NCBI GenBank assembly: GCA_964524195.1 | Contig: CAZGCC010000002.1 | Coordinates: 1 to 48,069, forward strand | Length of the DNA stretch: 48,069 nucleotides | DNA from: an uncultured bacterium | Lineage (GTDB): Bacteria > Omnitrophota > Omnitrophia > Omnitrophales > Aquincolibacteriaceae | Direction of reading: 5' to 3' | Shown: positions 9,527 through 17,869 of the stretch, piece after piece | How positions within the stretch are numbered: position 1 is the stretch's first letter | Layout: each line of letters opens with the position of its first letter | The notes under the pieces: model-generated | The model's database searches: none | Seen by the model: only the letters and a program-made list of their open reading frames with translations | Told to the model about the DNA's origin: nothing | Made by a program: the position numbers and the translations under genes

Positions 9527-9928
9527 CTACTTCTGATAGACGGCAAAACTGTCCTGGTTCTCCCAAAGCGTGACTTTGGAGACCGGGAGTTTCATCCGGC
9601 GGGCTTCGAGGAAGATCTTCCGGGCGAGCATTTCGGCGGTCGGGTTCTCCCCCACAAGCACCACAGGCTCTCCTGCTTTTTTGAGGAGTTTCGCGAGGGG
9701 GTCTTTACTCCAGAGGATCATTTTGTGATCGAGGTTCTTGTCGATCCATTCGCCGATCGTCTTTTTGATATCAAAAAAATCAACGACCATCCCTTTGGAA
9801 TTGAGTTTCGGGGTGGACATCTCGATCTCAACGCGCGCGCTGTGGCCATGAAGGTGCGAACACCTATCGTGTCCCCCCAAGAGCCGGTGCCCGTAATTAA
9901 AATAGATCATTTTCGCGACTTTAAACAT
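9527..9928 (-). CDS. queD: 6-carboxytetrahydropterin synthase QueD (PTPS family). The ORF is open upstream to 10012, through the 68-nt hairpin repeat.
   Basis: MFKVAKMIYFNYGHRL...CSHLHGHSARVEIEM matches the QueD/PTPS signature. The MFKV start gives a canonical-length N-terminus. The alternative ATG at 10012 would add 28 aa encoded by the repeat. Confidence 0.8.
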   Translation of the reverse strand: MFKVAKMIYFNYGHRLLGGHDRCSHLHGHSARVEIEMSTPKLNSKGMVVDFFDIKKTIGEWIDKNLDHKMILWSKDPLAKLLKKAGEPVVLVGENPTAEMLARKIFLEARRMKLPVSKVTLWENQDSFAVYQK

Positions 9929-9995
9929 GCCCTGGCATCTCTTTTCTTTTGGCTGAAGGTTGCCAGGGCTAGTCCAATCGACTCTTTCATTTTTT
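9928..9995 (-). repeat. 68-nt hairpin repeat, copy B (stem GCCCTGGCA/TGCCAGGGC at 9929-9937 and 9961-9969)
   Basis: The minus-strand sequence AAAAAATGAAAGAGTCGATTGGACTAGCCCTGGCAACCTTCAGCCAAAAGAAAAGAGATGCCAGGGCA aligns without gaps to 24395..24462 at 57/68 identity. This includes a 24-nt identical run. Confidence 0.85.
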
Positions 9996-10189
9996 AATGA
10001 AAGATTGGGCATGTCCTGGATCCCTCAAAAATTCGGTGGCAGTAAAAACGCGGAGGCATTATCGCCGATTTCCAGATCTAAGTAAACCCCCGGTCCTCAA
10101 ACAATTGAAAGCCTTTCCCATCTCCTCCGCATCGTATAGAATGCTCCGTCTTTTGGCCTCAACGCTCTCATCCTTTGAAAGGAATTCTT

Positions 10190-10762
10190 ATGTCAGAAAT
10201 ATCCGCCAGTGAACTGGAAAAAAAACTTTATATCGAAGTGGACGGCCAGCCTTATTTCGTGCTGGATGTCAAATTCGCGGCGCCTACTGCACGCGGGGCT
10301 TCCACCATGGTCAAGGCCAGGGTCCGCAATCTCCTGAGTGGCGCGGTGCTGGACAAGACTTTCAAGACGAGCGAGAAATTCAAGGTCCCGGATGTGGAAA
10401 AAGTCCCGGCGGTCTTCCAGTACATCACCGGCTCGGAGTATCACTTCATGGATAATGTGGCTTATGAGGAGTTCGTGCTTACGGCGGAAAAACTCGGCGA
10501 GCAAAAACTCTATTTGAAGGAGAATCAGGAAATGATCGCCCTGAAGCTGAACGGAACCGTGGTCTCGCTGGAACTTCCCGTTTATGTCGAGCTCGCCATC
10601 ACCGAAACCGACCCCGTGGTCAAGGGGATCTCCGCCTCAGGCCGCTCGCTCAAGAAAGCCAAACTTGAAACGGGGCTGGAAGTCCAGGCGCCCCTTTACA
10701 CGGAGATCGGAACGGTCGTACGCGTGAACACCGAGACCGGAGAAGTTTCCGGCCGCGCTTAA
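10190..10762 (+). CDS. efpL: Elongation factor P-like protein (YeiP/EfpL type)
   Basis: The loop sequence FAAPTARGASTMVKARV matches E. coli YeiP SPTARGAATLYKMRF rather than the canonical EF-P KPGKG loop. SD AAAGGAA lies 6 nt upstream of the ATG at 10190. Confidence 0.75.
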   Translation: MSEISASELEKKLYIEVDGQPYFVLDVKFAAPTARGASTMVKARVRNLLSGAVLDKTFKTSEKFKVPDVEKVPAVFQYITGSEYHFMDNVAYEEFVLTAEKLGEQKLYLKENQEMIALKLNGTVVSLELPVYVELAITETDPVVKGISASGRSLKKAKLETGLEVQAPLYTEIGTVVRVNTETGEVSGRA

Positions 10763-10765
10763 AAA

Positions 10766-11062
10766 TCAGATCTCGACTCCGAACCCGGCGCCAACGGGCG
10801 CGTCATCCATCGGCATATTTTCAGGCGCTCTCTCGCCGGGCATATTATCCGAATCCCCTTCAAAAGCCGAAGGGTCCGATTCGCCCGCATCATCCTGCAT
10901 AAACACTTCTTCGAAGGGGCCCCGGAAACCCGCATCCGAAACGCGAGACCGTCCCTCTTCGCTGATAATGGAATCATCCCCTTCGGCATAAGCCGCCGGA
11001 GTCCCCGCGATCATCGAAAACCCAAGCGCCAACCCGATGCAAATTCCCGCAAAATTCCTCAT
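10766..11062 (-). CDS. Small secreted acidic protein, hypothetical
   Basis: Signal peptide MRNFAGICIGLALGFSMIAGTPAAYA, then a D/E-rich sequence. I recognise no family. Confidence 0.5.
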   Translation of the reverse strand: MRNFAGICIGLALGFSMIAGTPAAYAEGDDSIISEEGRSRVSDAGFRGPFEEVFMQDDAGESDPSAFEGDSDNMPGERAPENMPMDDAPVGAGFGVEI

Positions 11063-11076
11063 GGTTCTCTCCTTTT

Positions 11077-12270
11077 TTATTTTGTGATATCGATAAGCCG
11101 CTGAATGACTTCTTCGACGACGCGATTGGGCGTGGACGCCCCGGCCGTGATCCCGATCTTGAGCGCTCCTCCGGGAAGCCAGTCCGGAGTTTCAAGAATG
11201 TCCTGAGTTCCGGTCTTCTTGTGCCGGATCTTTTCACTCGAAACAAGCGAAGAAGCGTCTTCGACATGGAATGCGGGACAAAATTCCGAGGCGATCTCGG
11301 CCAGATGCCCCGTGTTGCTGGACCGGTAGCCACCGATCACAAGGATAAGGTCCATCTTCTTTTCGCCCAACTCCCGGATCGCATCCTGCCTGTCCTGCGT
11401 CGCCGAACAGATCGTATCAAAATGACGGAAACGGTCCGGAAGCTCTCCGGCTCCGTAGCGCCTTGCGAGCGCTTCGCGCAGCATATCCGAGATCTCGATC
11501 GATTCGCGGGAAAGCATGGTCGTCTGATTCGCAAAACCGATCTTCCCGAGGTCTTTCTCCGGATCCAGTCCCGCAGAGCATGCGTCTTTGAATTTCCCAA
11601 GGAATGTTCCACGGCTACCCCCTGGCGTTTCTTGCCAGGCCCCCGTGGGATCCCCTGCGATATATTGGCAGACCTCCTGAGCCTCTTTTTTATCCTTCAC
11701 CACGAGATATTTCGCCGCCCGCGAACAGGTCGCGCGGGTTTCTTCGTGGTCGTACTTGCCATGGATCACCGCGGTAAAACCATCCCGGCTGTAGGATTCC
11801 ACGCGGCGCCAAACGCTCATCACCGAACCACAAGTCGTATCCACGATCACGCAGCCTTTTTTCTGGAATTCCTTAAGCGCGCCCACCGGCACCCCGAAAG
11901 CCGGCATGATCACTACATCCTTTTCGGTGATCCCGGGACAAGATGTGTCGCTTGCGAGGATCTGGACCCCCATCCCCTGGAGTTCCGCGTTCACGCGCGG
12001 ATTATGGATGATCTCATTGGTCAGAAAAATGCGGCGGTCCGGGAACCGCGACCGGGTCTCGTAGGCGTATTGCACGGCGCGCTCCACACCGTAACAAAAG
12101 CCAAATTCCCGGGCGAGATGGATCTCAAGGCGGCCGGCTTTCATGAAAAATCCCGCGGCGCGGACTTGATCGATCAAGGGGCTGTGATAACTTTGATCGA
12201 GTTGGGATTGGACGATATTCTTGAGCCCGAAACTTGCGGGAGAACTCTTTCCGGGATCGGCCATGAGCAT
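11077..12270 (-). CDS. ispH: 4-hydroxy-3-methylbut-2-enyl diphosphate reductase IspH (long, cyanobacterial/plant-like form)
   Basis: Contains LAREFGFCYGVERAV and NEIIHNPRVN motifs. I trimmed the start to the ATG at 12270, 5 nt after the upstream stop. The longer ORF to 12510 overlaps the upstream gene. Confidence 0.85.
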   Translation of the reverse strand: MLMADPGKSSPASFGLKNIVQSQLDQSYHSPLIDQVRAAGFFMKAGRLEIHLAREFGFCYGVERAVQYAYETRSRFPDRRIFLTNEIIHNPRVNAELQGMGVQILASDTSCPGITEKDVVIMPAFGVPVGALKEFQKKGCVIVDTTCGSVMSVWRRVESYSRDGFTAVIHGKYDHEETRATCSRAAKYLVVKDKKEAQEVCQYIAGDPTGAWQETPGGSRGTFLGKFKDACSAGLDPEKDLGKIGFANQTTMLSRESIEISDMLREALARRYGAGELPDRFRHFDTICSATQDRQDAIRELGEKKMDLILVIGGYRSSNTGHLAEIASEFCPAFHVEDASSLVSSEKIRHKKTGTQDILETPDWLPGGALKIGITAGASTPNRVVEEVIQRLIDITK

Positions 12271-12275
12271 GTCTT

Positions 12276-13277
12276 TCAGGAGGAGGCGATCTTGCGGACT
12301 GTCACGCCGGCCTGCTCCAGCAGTTTGAGCGAAAGTTCCAGGAAGGGATAATTCCCCTGGTAAACGACTTCCGCGATCCCGGCGTTGATGATCATCTTGG
12401 TACACATAAGGCAGGGCGAAAAGGTCGTGTAAAGCGTCGAGCCTTTGACGCTCACGCCGTGATAGGCCGCCTGAACGATCGCGTTCTCTTCTCCGTGCGA
12501 GCAAAGGCATTCCCCGAGATCTTTGCCGGACGCGTCGACCGCGTTGCAGCGCGGACAGCCTCCTTCGTTACAATTTTTGATCCCGCGAGGCGTTCCGTTG
12601 TATCCAGTCGAAATGATACGCTTGTCTTTGACGATCACGGCCGCGATCCGCCGTTTCATGCAGTTGGAACGCATCGCCACGACCTTCGCGATATTCATAA
12701 AATATTCGTCCCAACCTGGGCGATAGGCTTTTTGCGCGAGATCGAGCATGATCTGCTTTACCTTCTCATGCATTTCTTTCAGGGGGCCGTTATTGTCGAT
12801 CTGAAGATCCGCCAAAGCGAGGGCCTGATCAAGCTGCTGGTCGGTCTTGTTCTCGCTTTTCGCTTCCTTGGCCTCAAGCGCCTGGAAATCTTCCCACACC
12901 CGGGGGTCGTTCTCGCGGCCGCGCTGCTTGAGCCTTTCAAAACGGAGCCGTTCGGGAGCATGAATGCGGACAAGCGTAAAATCATTGCGGCGGCGGAAGA
13001 CCTGGATCTCGGAGGGATGACGGATCGAATCGATCACATAATGCTTTTCGGGATCCAGCTTCGCGATGATCCGCTCGGCGAGACAGCCCGGACCTTCTTT
13101 TTCGCGAAGCTCATTCCCCAAGGCGACAAGCGCTCCGCGCGTCACTTCTTGACCGCGTCTTTTAGCTTCGTCCCGGAGCGCATCGGACAGCGAATAGTAA
13201 TGAAACCCGCGCTCCTTCAAAAAATGCGCCGCTTCTCCCTTGCCTGATCCATTTTTGCCCGTAAGACCAATGATCAT
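12276..13277 (-). CDS. Fusion of an N-terminal P-loop nucleotide kinase-like domain with a C-terminal dCMP deaminase (CDA fold)
   Basis: N-terminal MIIGLTGKNGSGKG P-loop. C-terminal CSHGEENAI...SPCLMCTKMIINAGI zinc-binding deaminase motifs. The start is taken at M19, just after the upstream stop. Confidence 0.75.
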   Translation of the reverse strand: MIIGLTGKNGSGKGEAAHFLKERGFHYYSLSDALRDEAKRRGQEVTRGALVALGNELREKEGPGCLAERIIAKLDPEKHYVIDSIRHPSEIQVFRRRNDFTLVRIHAPERLRFERLKQRGRENDPRVWEDFQALEAKEAKSENKTDQQLDQALALADLQIDNNGPLKEMHEKVKQIMLDLAQKAYRPGWDEYFMNIAKVVAMRSNCMKRRIAAVIVKDKRIISTGYNGTPRGIKNCNEGGCPRCNAVDASGKDLGECLCSHGEENAIVQAAYHGVSVKGSTLYTTFSPCLMCTKMIINAGIAEVVYQGNYPFLELSLKLLEQAGVTVRKIASS

Positions 13278-13287
13278 AAAATTCCTC

Positions 13288-13875
13288 TTAAGAGTGGATC
13301 CAAAAATCGGGTGAATAAAACCGCTGATCACCGGCGTGCCGTTCGATCAGGATGAGATGGCTGGCGTTCTTTCCGTCTTTGATCTCCGGCTTTGCGGCAA
13401 TTTCCCGAAGAATATCGCCGTGCTGCCCTGCGGGAGGCCTGATAAAACCTACGGCCTGTTTTTCGAGGCGGAAAACCGCTTCATCGATATCCTCAACGCG
13501 CACAGCCAAGGCATAAGGTTTTTTATCTCCAAAATGCGCGACCCAATCCAGGCCGGATTTTTCATGAGGATGTTCTACGAGGATCGCCGGAGCGCATCCC
13601 TTGCGCAGGACCTCCACGCCATGCCCCCGATGCTCAAGGATTTTGGCGGCATGATCTCTTTCGTAACCGAGCGCCAGGAATTCCTGCGTCCGCTCGGCAA
13701 GATGGACAGTGCGGAAAACAAGATGGTCAAGAACGGGGCGAATGCCAACCCCCACAAGCAAAAGGCCGCGCGTCACGACCCGGACGGCAGGATTCTCGGC
13801 AGCAAGTCCCTCAGCATACTCTTTCAAAACTTGCTCGATCATGGCGGCGTCTTTGCAGCCGGAAGCAGATGTCAT
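13288..13875 (-). CDS. Hypothetical protein, possibly VOC/glyoxalase-like or DUF1338-like
   Basis: A 195-aa ORF with SD AAAGGAA upstream. The DHLVFRT motif is reminiscent of DUF1338. The family assignment is weak. Confidence 0.4.
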   Translation of the reverse strand: MTSASGCKDAAMIEQVLKEYAEGLAAENPAVRVVTRGLLLVGVGIRPVLDHLVFRTVHLAERTQEFLALGYERDHAAKILEHRGHGVEVLRKGCAPAILVEHPHEKSGLDWVAHFGDKKPYALAVRVEDIDEAVFRLEKQAVGFIRPPAGQHGDILREIAAKPEIKDGKNASHLILIERHAGDQRFYSPDFWIHS

Positions 13876-13912
13876 CTTCGATTCCTTTGGGACGCGTTAT
13901 CTTCAAAGACAA

Positions 13913-13945
13913 GTTTGCCTACCCCGAGACTCGAGGTAGGCAAAC
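13913..13945 (-). terminator. Hairpin terminator downstream of the ferredoxin gene
   Basis: Perfect 11-bp stem GTTTGCCTACC/GGTAGGCAAAC with an 11-nt loop. On the minus strand it is followed by TTGTCTTT. Confidence 0.55.
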
Positions 13946-13981
13946 CGGAAAACTTCATCAGATATTATTCAGATCCAGCGC

Positions 13982-14293
13982 TTATTTGAGACTGTTCCCC
14001 GGTTTTTTGGGGGCTTCATCCTTCGCGCGGGGCGTTGCTTTGGGATTCGACCGGAACTGATCCACCAATTCCGCGTTGATCTTCGCGTAGACCGGATCCA
14101 TATCTTCGGATTCAACGATCGAACCCACCGGACATTCGGCCGCGCAAGCGCCGCAGGAAATGCAAAGCGCCGGATCGATCACCATAAAATCTTTCCCCTG
14201 ATAGGTCCCCGGGAAGATCGCCTCAACAGGACAAACGCTCGCGCAAAGCCCGTACCGTTCGCCGTGGCATTTTTCAGTAATGACATAAGCCAT
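13982..14293 (-). CDS. 2x[4Fe-4S] ferredoxin
   Basis: CASVCP and CISCGACAAECP cysteine motifs. Confidence 0.85.
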   Translation of the reverse strand: MAYVITEKCHGERYGLCASVCPVEAIFPGTYQGKDFMVIDPALCISCGACAAECPVGSIVESEDMDPVYAKINAELVDQFRSNPKATPRAKDEAPKKPGNSLK

Positions 14294-14368
14294 CTTTTAA
14301 TTCTCCTTAATAGGTGTTGGTTTTGAGAAGGCCGTATTTTAACCGCTGCCTCCCCCATCGTCAATGCT

Positions 14369-15232
14369 TCAAAAAGAGGGCTCTTTATTTTCACCGAGGG
14401 TCATCAGCCGTTCGATGCGTTTCTCGACCGGAGGATGGGTGTGGAAAAGAGAGGACCAACCCTTCCCGGAAAGCGGGTTCATGATAAAAAGATGCGCGGT
14501 CGCGGGATTGGCATCCCGCAGAGGAAACCTCTGGATTGTAATTTCGATCTTCTTAAGCGCGCTCGCCAGATAAAGCGGCTCCCCGCAAAACCCGGCTCCC
14601 TGCTTATCGGCTTTGTATTCGCGGGATCGCCAGATCGAAAGCTGGATCAATGCCGCCACAAAAGGCATGACGGCCGCGAAGAGAATCAGCGGTAGAGGAT
14701 TATCACGGTCCCGGTCATCCCGCTCCCCACCCCAGGAAAAAGACCAGCGGAACATCGAGGCGATCATGCTGAGCACTCCGGCTAGAGCCGCCACGATCGA
14801 GGAAATCAGAATATCGCGCTCCAGGATATGGGACAGCTCATGCCCGAATACTCCGGAAAGCTCTTCTTTATTGAGAAGCCCGACGATCCCGTGCGTCAAA
14901 GCGATCGCCGCATGTTGGGGGCCACGGCCTGTCGAAAAAGCGTTGGCCGAAGCCGATGGCAGCATATAAAGCCGCGGCGCGGGGATGCCTTCCTTCGTTG
15001 AAAGCCCTCGTATAATCTCGAAAACTTCAGGGGCCTCGCTTTCAGCCAACGGCTGTGCGTGGGTCATCGAAAGCACGATCCTGTCGCTGAACCAGAAGAG
15101 AAAGAAATTCATCACGCAGGAAAAAATAAAAGCGAACAAGATCCCCTTCTGTCCGCCAAGCACATGACCACAGAAGGCCGCCAAAATCGTCAGCGCCGTC
15201 ATCAACAATACCATCTTCAAAAGAGCTGCCAT
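14369..15232 (-). CDS. htpX: M48-family zinc metalloprotease HtpX
   Basis: HELSHI zinc motif, four TM segments, and a C-terminal THPPVEKRI motif. Confidence 0.85.
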   Translation of the reverse strand: MAALLKMVLLMTALTILAAFCGHVLGGQKGILFAFIFSCVMNFFLFWFSDRIVLSMTHAQPLAESEAPEVFEIIRGLSTKEGIPAPRLYMLPSASANAFSTGRGPQHAAIALTHGIVGLLNKEELSGVFGHELSHILERDILISSIVAALAGVLSMIASMFRWSFSWGGERDDRDRDNPLPLILFAAVMPFVAALIQLSIWRSREYKADKQGAGFCGEPLYLASALKKIEITIQRFPLRDANPATAHLFIMNPLSGKGWSSLFHTHPPVEKRIERLMTLGENKEPSF

Positions 15233-15247
15233 ACCGATTCGCTACCG

Positions 15248-15772
15248 CTAAGGATGAAACCCTATCGACCGCTTGGGTTTCTCTTCGATGGCAATGATCC
15301 GTTCAACAAAACCGAACAATGCGCGAATATCTTTTCCGTGCCTCTCGATATGCCGTTCCACCTTTTCCATGCGCAATGCCAGATCCTTATTTTCAAAGAG
15401 CACCTGCCGGATCCTGGAAAAAACTCTCATGATCGCAATGTTCACTTGAATGGCCTTGGTACTATTCAGAACACTTGAGAGCATCAAGATCCCATGCTCC
15501 GTAAATGCATACGGAAGGTATTTGCTGTATTTTCCACGCCCCGGACTGTCTAAGGTGCCAAATTGGCACCTTAGAGCCGCGACTTCTTTTTGGTTCAAGC
15601 GATACAAGAAATCCCCAGGGAATCTCTCAAGGTTGCGGTTGACCTGCCTTTTGAGATACTTCGTCTCTACCCCATACAAGGCCGCCAGATCGGCATCCAT
15701 CATGACCTTTTGGCCCCGCATGAGAAAGATGGATGAGGCTATCGGCGGGAGCGTCCGCATTGATTTACCCAT
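15248..15772 (-). CDS. ORF6N-domain DNA-binding protein
   Basis: IFLMRGQKVMMDADLAALYGVETKYLKRQVNRNLERFPGDFLY...LPYAFTEHGILMLSSVLNSTKAIQVNIAIMRVF is the ORF6N signature. The ATG at 15772 has SD AGAGGA and overlaps the upstream stop by 8 nt. Confidence 0.75.
   Translation of the reverse strand: MGKSMRTLPPIASSIFLMRGQKVMMDADLAALYGVETKYLKRQVNRNLERFPGDFLYRLNQKEVAALRCQFGTLDSPGRGKYSKYLPYAFTEHGILMLSSVLNSTKAIQVNIAIMRVFSRIRQVLFENKDLALRMEKVERHIERHGKDIRALFGFVERIIAIEEKPKRSIGFHP
15549..15575. repeat. 27-nt perfect palindrome inside the ORF6N CDS
   Basis: TCTAAGGTGCCAA-A-TTGGCACCTTAGA has 13-bp perfect arms and a 1-nt centre. Confidence 0.9.
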
Positions 15773-16850
15773 GAAATCCTCTAAGCATTTCTCTTGGGCG
15801 CTGCTGCAGGAACATTCTTTCCCGGGCCAATTCGTTCCGGAGCTCTTTTGCGGTGGGGAGATAAAGTTTATATTTTGACGCAAAAAGTTTTTTGCTGTTT
15901 TTCAGTATTGAATACCGAACCACCGTTTCGTCCTTTTCAGAACAAAGAATGATCCCGATCGTCGGGTTATCCTCCGGTTCCCGGAACCGGTCCTCATAAA
16001 GCCGGACATACATGTCCATTTGTCCGATGTCCTGGTGGGTGAGCTCTCCCACCTTCAGATCGACCAGGACAAAACATTTAAGCACATAATTGTAGAACAC
16101 CAGATCAATGAAGAAATCCTTTGTTTCCGTGGTCACCCGCTGCTGTCTGGCCACAAATGAAAAACCGCGCCCAAGTTCGAGGAGAAATCTCTGGATCTGC
16201 CCGATCAGAGCTTTTTCTACATCTTTCTCTAAAAGCTCCGTCCCGCCCCTCAGGCCCAGGAATTCCAGAACATACGGATCTTTTATAAGATCTTGAGGCT
16301 CGATATCCCGGTTGGAAACCTGCCTTTGAGACTTCTTCGCGAGCTTAACCCGGCTCTTGCTGGAAAGCAGCCGTTCGTAATAATGGCTATGAATCTGCCG
16401 CGCGAGAACACGAACGCTCCACTTTCCGGCTACGACTTCATTTCCGTAGAACCTCCGGGGCTTTTCGTCTTCAACGCGAATGAGTAACTTGTAATGCGAC
16501 CAGCTCAATTCGCTCCACAGTGTGGAGCGAATCTTGAAGAGCCCGTAAAATTGCCGCATATTCCGCAAACTTTGCTCCGAAAATCCTTCTCCAAAATCAC
16601 GGGTCAGACGATCGGAAAGGGATTTGAGCATATAAGCGCCGTAATCTGCGCGGCTCCGTCCTTTTTGTTCTTCTTCTGCGATCTCCCTGCCGATCGACCA
16701 ATACGCGAGAACCATCTCGGAGTTGACGGCCCAAACGGCTCTGGACCTCGCTGATGCAAGGATCTTCCGGATGCGACCATAAACTCCCGGACATGCGTTC
16801 GCACTTTTTCCCAAACTCGCTCGAAGCAACCCGTCATGATTTTTTTTCAT
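15765..16850 (-). CDS. YhcG-like PDDEXK nuclease (DUF1016 family)
   Basis: N-terminal WSIGREI...LRNMRQFY and C-terminal FFIDLVFYNYVLKCFVLVDLKVGELTHQDIGQMDMYV (D...D/ExK core) are typical of DUF1016. The start is taken at MKKNHDG (16850). Confidence 0.75.
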   Translation of the reverse strand: MKKNHDGLLRASLGKSANACPGVYGRIRKILASARSRAVWAVNSEMVLAYWSIGREIAEEEQKGRSRADYGAYMLKSLSDRLTRDFGEGFSEQSLRNMRQFYGLFKIRSTLWSELSWSHYKLLIRVEDEKPRRFYGNEVVAGKWSVRVLARQIHSHYYERLLSSKSRVKLAKKSQRQVSNRDIEPQDLIKDPYVLEFLGLRGGTELLEKDVEKALIGQIQRFLLELGRGFSFVARQQRVTTETKDFFIDLVFYNYVLKCFVLVDLKVGELTHQDIGQMDMYVRLYEDRFREPEDNPTIGIILCSEKDETVVRYSILKNSKKLFASKYKLYLPTAKELRNELARERMFLQQRPREMLRGFHG

Positions 16851-16929
16851 GAAAGAAGGATAACACGATATTTGCTTAATAGCAATATTATATTGCTTAT
16901 TAATCATTGATAGAAACAAGCGTATCTAA

Positions 16930-17159
16930 CCGCTGAAGCATGGCATTGAAGCTTATCGCAAGACCATCAAAATCAGTCGCACTATCGCGGATCTAGCGGG
17001 CTGCGAACAAATCCAGTCGGAACATATCGCGGTCCCAATACCTATCAATTTCAACTTGTTGAAATTGGGGCCGTCCAAGTCCCCCTTAATGAAAAGAAAT
17101 TAAAGACTTGGGCGGAGGCGATTCAGTATCGGAGTTTGGACCGTCAATGGTGGAGTTGA
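16930..17159 (+). pseudogene. Remnant of the ComM/YifB (Mg-chelatase-like) C-terminus, interrupted by R1
   Basis: PLKHGIEAYRKTIKISRTIADLAGCEQIQSEHIA, then an 83-nt insert, then EAIQYRSLDRQWWS*. It is preceded by an in-frame TAA and has no N-terminal ATPase part. Confidence 0.7.
17032..17114 (+). repeat. Two-hairpin element R1 (83 nt)
   Basis: GTCCCAATACCTATCAATTTCAACTTGTTGAAATTGGGGCCGTCCAAGTCCCCCTTAATGAAAAGAAATTAAAGACTTGGGCG. Stems are CAATTTCAAC/GTTGAAATTG and CCAAGTC/GACTTGG. Confidence 0.85.
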
Positions 17160-17166
17160 GGTGGCT

Positions 17167-17634
17167 TTATTTGAACTGTTCTTTGACTTTGGCTCGGGTG
17201 AGATAATATGTACTCGCAAATAAAAAAATTAACGCTGCCACCAACGATCCAACGGCTGCCATTTTGTAAGCTTGAGAAATAGGTAACATGAAAACATAAA
17301 CAATCCCTATCAAAAAGATGACGAAAAATATCTTATTGAATATTAGGGTTTGCAATCTTGCTTTGTTTGACAGTTTGAATAATCCTACTGAAATCGCAAT
17401 CATCAGATATAGCGGTATTGCCGGAAAAGCAATGTTAATTAAAACCAACGGAAGAAGAGATGCGGGATTTCCATATTCACTATGCACTTGATTTTGAAAT
17501 AACGCCTGAAAAAATCCAGCTAATATCAATAAAATTGGCAGCAAAAAGGGAATGCCACAGCACAAGTATAAAACAGCAAACGCTGTCACGCCCTTGGTCC
17601 TTTTCATTTCCACAAACCCCTCCTCCGCTTTCAC
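17167..17634 (-). CDS. Small polytopic membrane protein (about 4 TM), hypothetical cassette gene
   Basis: Hydrophobic segments throughout. The C-terminus ...RAKVKEQFK is shared with an internal site of the 18538..19311 protein. The coding region is AT rich. Confidence 0.6.
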   Translation of the reverse strand: MKAEEGFVEMKRTKGVTAFAVLYLCCGIPFLLPILLILAGFFQALFQNQVHSEYGNPASLLPLVLINIAFPAIPLYLMIAISVGLFKLSNKARLQTLIFNKIFFVIFLIGIVYVFMLPISQAYKMAAVGSLVAALIFLFASTYYLTRAKVKEQFK

Positions 17635-17784
17635 ATCTATTGCCGTGTTATGACAATCCCGGTAGCGTCTTCATTATCGACTCAAATCGACTCCGCTAAA
17701 GGGCGGCCAGCTCTTCCCAGCGGATCATCACGATCGGAACAAACTCGGGATATTCATGGGCTATATAAAGCAAATCCTTGTTCG

Positions 17785-17868
17785 GTCCCAACACCAATCA
17801 ATCGAAACACAGTTGAGATTGGGGCTGCCCTTGTCACCATTAACTAAAAAAAATTAAAGACAAGGACG
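17785..17868 (+). repeat. Two-hairpin element R2 (84 nt)
   Basis: GTCCCAACACCAATCAATCGAAACACAGTTGAGATTGGGGCTGCCCTTGTCACCATTAACTAAAAAAAATTAAAGACAAGGACG. Stems are CAATC..AAC/GTT..GATTG and CCTTGTC/GACAAGG. Confidence 0.8.
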
Positions 17869-17869
17869 G

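Noticed and set aside
9928-10012. preQ1 riboswitch in the queD leader
   Set aside because: The hairpin repeat lacks the short stem plus the A-rich ...AAAAAACUA tail of preQ1-I. The same element also precedes a phosphofructokinase gene, which has no link to queuosine.
11077-12510. Long 477-aa version of the ispH ORF
   Set aside because: The first 80 codons overlap the 3' end of the upstream kinase-deaminase gene and are Arg-rich with low complexity. The ATG at 12270 gives a canonical long-form IspH.
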